DNA from: Gammaproteobacteria bacterium
GTDB lineage: Bacteria; Pseudomonadota; Gammaproteobacteria; Ga0077536
NCBI GenBank assembly: GCA_963662545.2
Contig: CAXXLL010000003.1
Location: forward strand, 2,784,001-2,848,000
DNA: 64,000 nucleotides
Direction: 5' to 3'
The notes under the pieces are model-generated. The model did no database searches, was not told where the DNA came from, and was given only the letters and a program-made list of their open reading frames with translations. Position 1 is the stretch's first letter, and each line of letters begins with the position of its first letter. A program made the position numbers and the translations under genes. Positions 61,348-64,000 of this stretch are shown one piece after another.

Positions 61348-62442
61348 CTAAAGCGCCTCCGCCACCGCCCGGTGGATCTCGAGCAAGTGCCCTATCGTAT
61401 CCCGCGGCCGCCTTCCGAACCCGCATTCAGTCGCGACACCGAAATTCTTCGCGTGGCGCTTGGCGACGTCCAGGCGTGCGAGCGATCCTTTAATGCCGTC
61501 TGTGTGATGCACCAGTCCGATATACAGCCGTCCGTCGCCGATCTCCAAACCACTAAGCGGCTCGAAATAGGCATCGTCGGCGCGGTCCTTGGGCACCGGT
61601 ACGTGGTAGAAATCGATCGGCCGTGTGATAGCGGCGCAGGCGGCATTCGCCATGCTGACGCAGGTCGATAGATCGGGCGGTTCGATGAGGTGCCGGTGGC
61701 CGAGATCGCCGTAGCATAGGTGCAGTCCCATCGCGACCTCGTCAGGCACAAATCCGGCCGCGCACGTAACGGCTTCTAGATATCGATCGAAGGGCGTCGC
61801 CACCGGGCGCCAAGGGAAGATACCTTCGTGCGCGTCGTCGCACTCGATCGCCAGCACCTCCATGCAGATGTCCCACTGGATGGCCAGCTCACTCGCCGGG
61901 ATGTCGTTCAGCATGCATTCAATTTCCCGGGCCGCCGCGTCCTCGTACGCCGCCATCATTACGGGAAAATCGTCAGGGCTGGCCGTAAACGGGCGGGTCG
62001 CGCTTTCCGCCAGCGGCATTGCGACCATGAAGCGGACTTCAGGGCCCAGCAGACCTTCGGCCTTGAGCTGGGTGAAGCTGCCATACGATAGCCTGGCTTC
62101 TTTCGCATAGCCGAGCTCGGAAAAGTGGAGATCTGCGCCGTCTTTAATGCGGAACTGCCAGTGGTCGTCGTAACCGCGCGGTACCCAGTCGTCGCCCGGC
62201 GCACGCCATTCGTTCGGATCGGATGAATCAACCGGATGCGGGCGGTTCAGGGTTTCGAGTGCCGGATTGCCGTCGTAGGTATGTGTTGCGAGAAAATTGA
62301 TCCAGATCTTTCGAAAACCGGTTTCGCCGTCCGGAATGCACGGCAGGTGATCGCCAATCCCTTGTGCGCAAAGGCGCATCGCATCCTCTGCGTCGGACCC
62401 GGGAATACTCCCCACCAGTAATACGTCGCCGTTTATTCTCAT
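61348..62442 (-). CDS. Cobalamin-independent methionine synthase-like / UROD-fold protein
   Basis: LLVGSIP, PDGETG, HLCYGD, ECGFGR. Confidence 0.6.
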   Translation of the reverse strand: MRINGDVLLVGSIPGSDAEDAMRLCAQGIGDHLPCIPDGETGFRKIWINFLATHTYDGNPALETLNRPHPVDSSDPNEWRAPGDDWVPRGYDDHWQFRIKDGADLHFSELGYAKEARLSYGSFTQLKAEGLLGPEVRFMVAMPLAESATRPFTASPDDFPVMMAAYEDAAAREIECMLNDIPASELAIQWDICMEVLAIECDDAHEGIFPWRPVATPFDRYLEAVTCAAGFVPDEVAMGLHLCYGDLGHRHLIEPPDLSTCVSMANAACAAITRPIDFYHVPVPKDRADDAYFEPLSGLEIGDGRLYIGLVHHTDGIKGSLARLDVAKRHAKNFGVATECGFGRRPRDTIGHLLEIHRAVAEAL

Positions 62443-62527
62443 GGCGCTAACCTCCGGTCATTCGGGAGGCGGACGAATCAAGTCCGTTGTCGCATGCAAC
62501 AAAGGGCGCATCACTCAGTAGATCAGA

Positions 62528-63892
62528 TCAGGCGGGCACCGCCGGCAGGCCGGCGAGGGCCAGACCGAGATCTTCCTCGTTGTAATGCTGGTCGTGCAGT
62601 TTACCGGCGGAGAAGTCCATATAGGCCGGCATGTCGAAGTGTCCGTGACCGCACAGGTTGAACAGAATGGCGCGGCTGCGGCCTTCTGCTTTGCATTTGC
62701 GGGCTTCGTCTAAGGCGGCCGCGACCGCGTGGTTTGCTTCCGGCGCCGGAAGAATACCCTCGGCGCGGGCGAATTCGATGCCGGCCTCGAAACAGGCTTT
62801 TTGATCGTAGGCGCGCGGCGTCACATAACCCATGTCGGTGCATTGACTCACCAGCGGCGCCATGCCGTGATACCGCAGACCTCCGGCATGGAAACCCGGT
62901 GGGACGAAGTTCGAGCCGAGGGTGTGCATTTTGACCAGGGGCGTCAGGTGCGCAGTGTCGCCGAAGTCGTAAGCGTATTTTCCCTTGGTCAAGGTGGGGC
63001 AGTTCACCGGTTCCACGGCGATGATTTCGACCGCTTCTTCGCCTCGCAACTGTCGCCCGAGGAAAGGAAAGACGATGCCGCCGAAATTGCTGCCGCCCCC
63101 GGTGCAGGCGATGATGAGGTCGGGATAATCGTCCGCCATGTCGAATTGTTTCATCGCTTCGAGCCCGACCACGGTCTGATGCAAGAGCACGTGGTTGAGT
63201 ACGCTGCCCAGCGCGTACTTGGTATCGTCGCGTTCGAGGGTGCGTTCGACCGCTTCGCTGATCGCGATGCCGAGACTGCCGCGACATTCCGGATCGTCGG
63301 CGAGTATGGAGCGCCCGGCCGTCGTCATCTCGCTCGGGCTCGCGATGCAGGTCGCGCCGTAGCTCTCCATGAACGCGCGGCGATACGGCTTTTGATCAAA
63401 ACTGACTTTAACCATGAAGACCTCGATTTCGAGGCCGAACATCGCGCCCGCGATGGCGAGCGCCGAGCCCCATTGGCCCGCGCCCGTTTCTGTCGAGATG
63501 CGTTTGACGCCCTCTTCCTTTGAATAAAAGGCCTGCGCGATGGCGGTGTTCGGTTTGTGGCTGCCGGCAGGGCTCACCCCCTCGTACTTGTAATAAATGC
63601 GGGCGGGCGTTCCAAGCGCTTGTTCCAGGCGCCGTGCCCGGAAGAGTGGGCTCGGGCGCCACTGGCGGTAGATGTTCCGCACCGGTTCCGGGATCGGGAT
63701 TTCGCGCTCGATGCTCACCTCCTGCTCGATGACGGCGCGCGGGAACAGCGGTTCGAGTGCTTCGGGGCCGAGCGGTTCGCAGGTCGCCGGGTTCAGGTGT
63801 GGCGCAGGGGGCTCGGGTAGATCGGCCGCGATGTTGTACCAGCTAGATGGCAGATCACGTTCGTCCAGTACGTATTTAACGGTATCAGTCAC
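62528..63892 (-). CDS. TrpB-like PLP enzyme (TrpB2)
   Basis: WYNI.ADLP, GSHKPNTA, ETGAGQWG, GGLRYHG. Confidence 0.94.
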   Translation of the reverse strand: MTDTVKYVLDERDLPSSWYNIAADLPEPPAPHLNPATCEPLGPEALEPLFPRAVIEQEVSIEREIPIPEPVRNIYRQWRPSPLFRARRLEQALGTPARIYYKYEGVSPAGSHKPNTAIAQAFYSKEEGVKRISTETGAGQWGSALAIAGAMFGLEIEVFMVKVSFDQKPYRRAFMESYGATCIASPSEMTTAGRSILADDPECRGSLGIAISEAVERTLERDDTKYALGSVLNHVLLHQTVVGLEAMKQFDMADDYPDLIIACTGGGSNFGGIVFPFLGRQLRGEEAVEIIAVEPVNCPTLTKGKYAYDFGDTAHLTPLVKMHTLGSNFVPPGFHAGGLRYHGMAPLVSQCTDMGYVTPRAYDQKACFEAGIEFARAEGILPAPEANHAVAAALDEARKCKAEGRSRAILFNLCGHGHFDMPAYMDFSAGKLHDQHYNEEDLGLALAGLPAVPA

Positions 63893-64000
63893 AACGGATC
63901 TCTCTATCGGCAATTAAGTAATCATCGAGGTGTTAATAGAACCATAGCGTGCAGGGAGATCACAGCCTGGTATCTTTCGGGAACGGGCGTGCCGGCGGCG

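Overview
Probably a gammaproteobacterial chromosome segment (argH-algZ-algR, rsd/algQ, yggX-mutY-asmA, AddAB-like genes) with two halves. Bases 1-26.9 kb look like an IS-riddled genomic island abutting the 3' end of tRNA-Phe(GAA). It holds a broken type II-C CRISPR locus (IS66 in cas2, a second IS66 in the 8th repeat), two IS66, three IS21, one IS6, three IS3-family elements, flavoenzyme/hydantoinase cargo and a decayed cluster of secreted MORN/Sel1 repeat genes. Bases 27-64 kb are mostly core genes with small non-autonomous elements. The most unusual signals are: (1) the cas2-proximal CRISPR spacer is 114 bp and contains an exact 89-bp copy of the IS66 that disrupts cas2; (2) a MITE inserted in the start of an RND transporter gene supplies a replacement in-frame ATG; (3) a multi-stem leader with mutually exclusive pairings precedes a KamA-like radical SAM gene; (4) a 162-bp MITE family, one copy invaded by an IS4 element; (5) an in-frame amber codon splits algZ. 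All calls are by eye from the sequence and ORF track; no searches were run.
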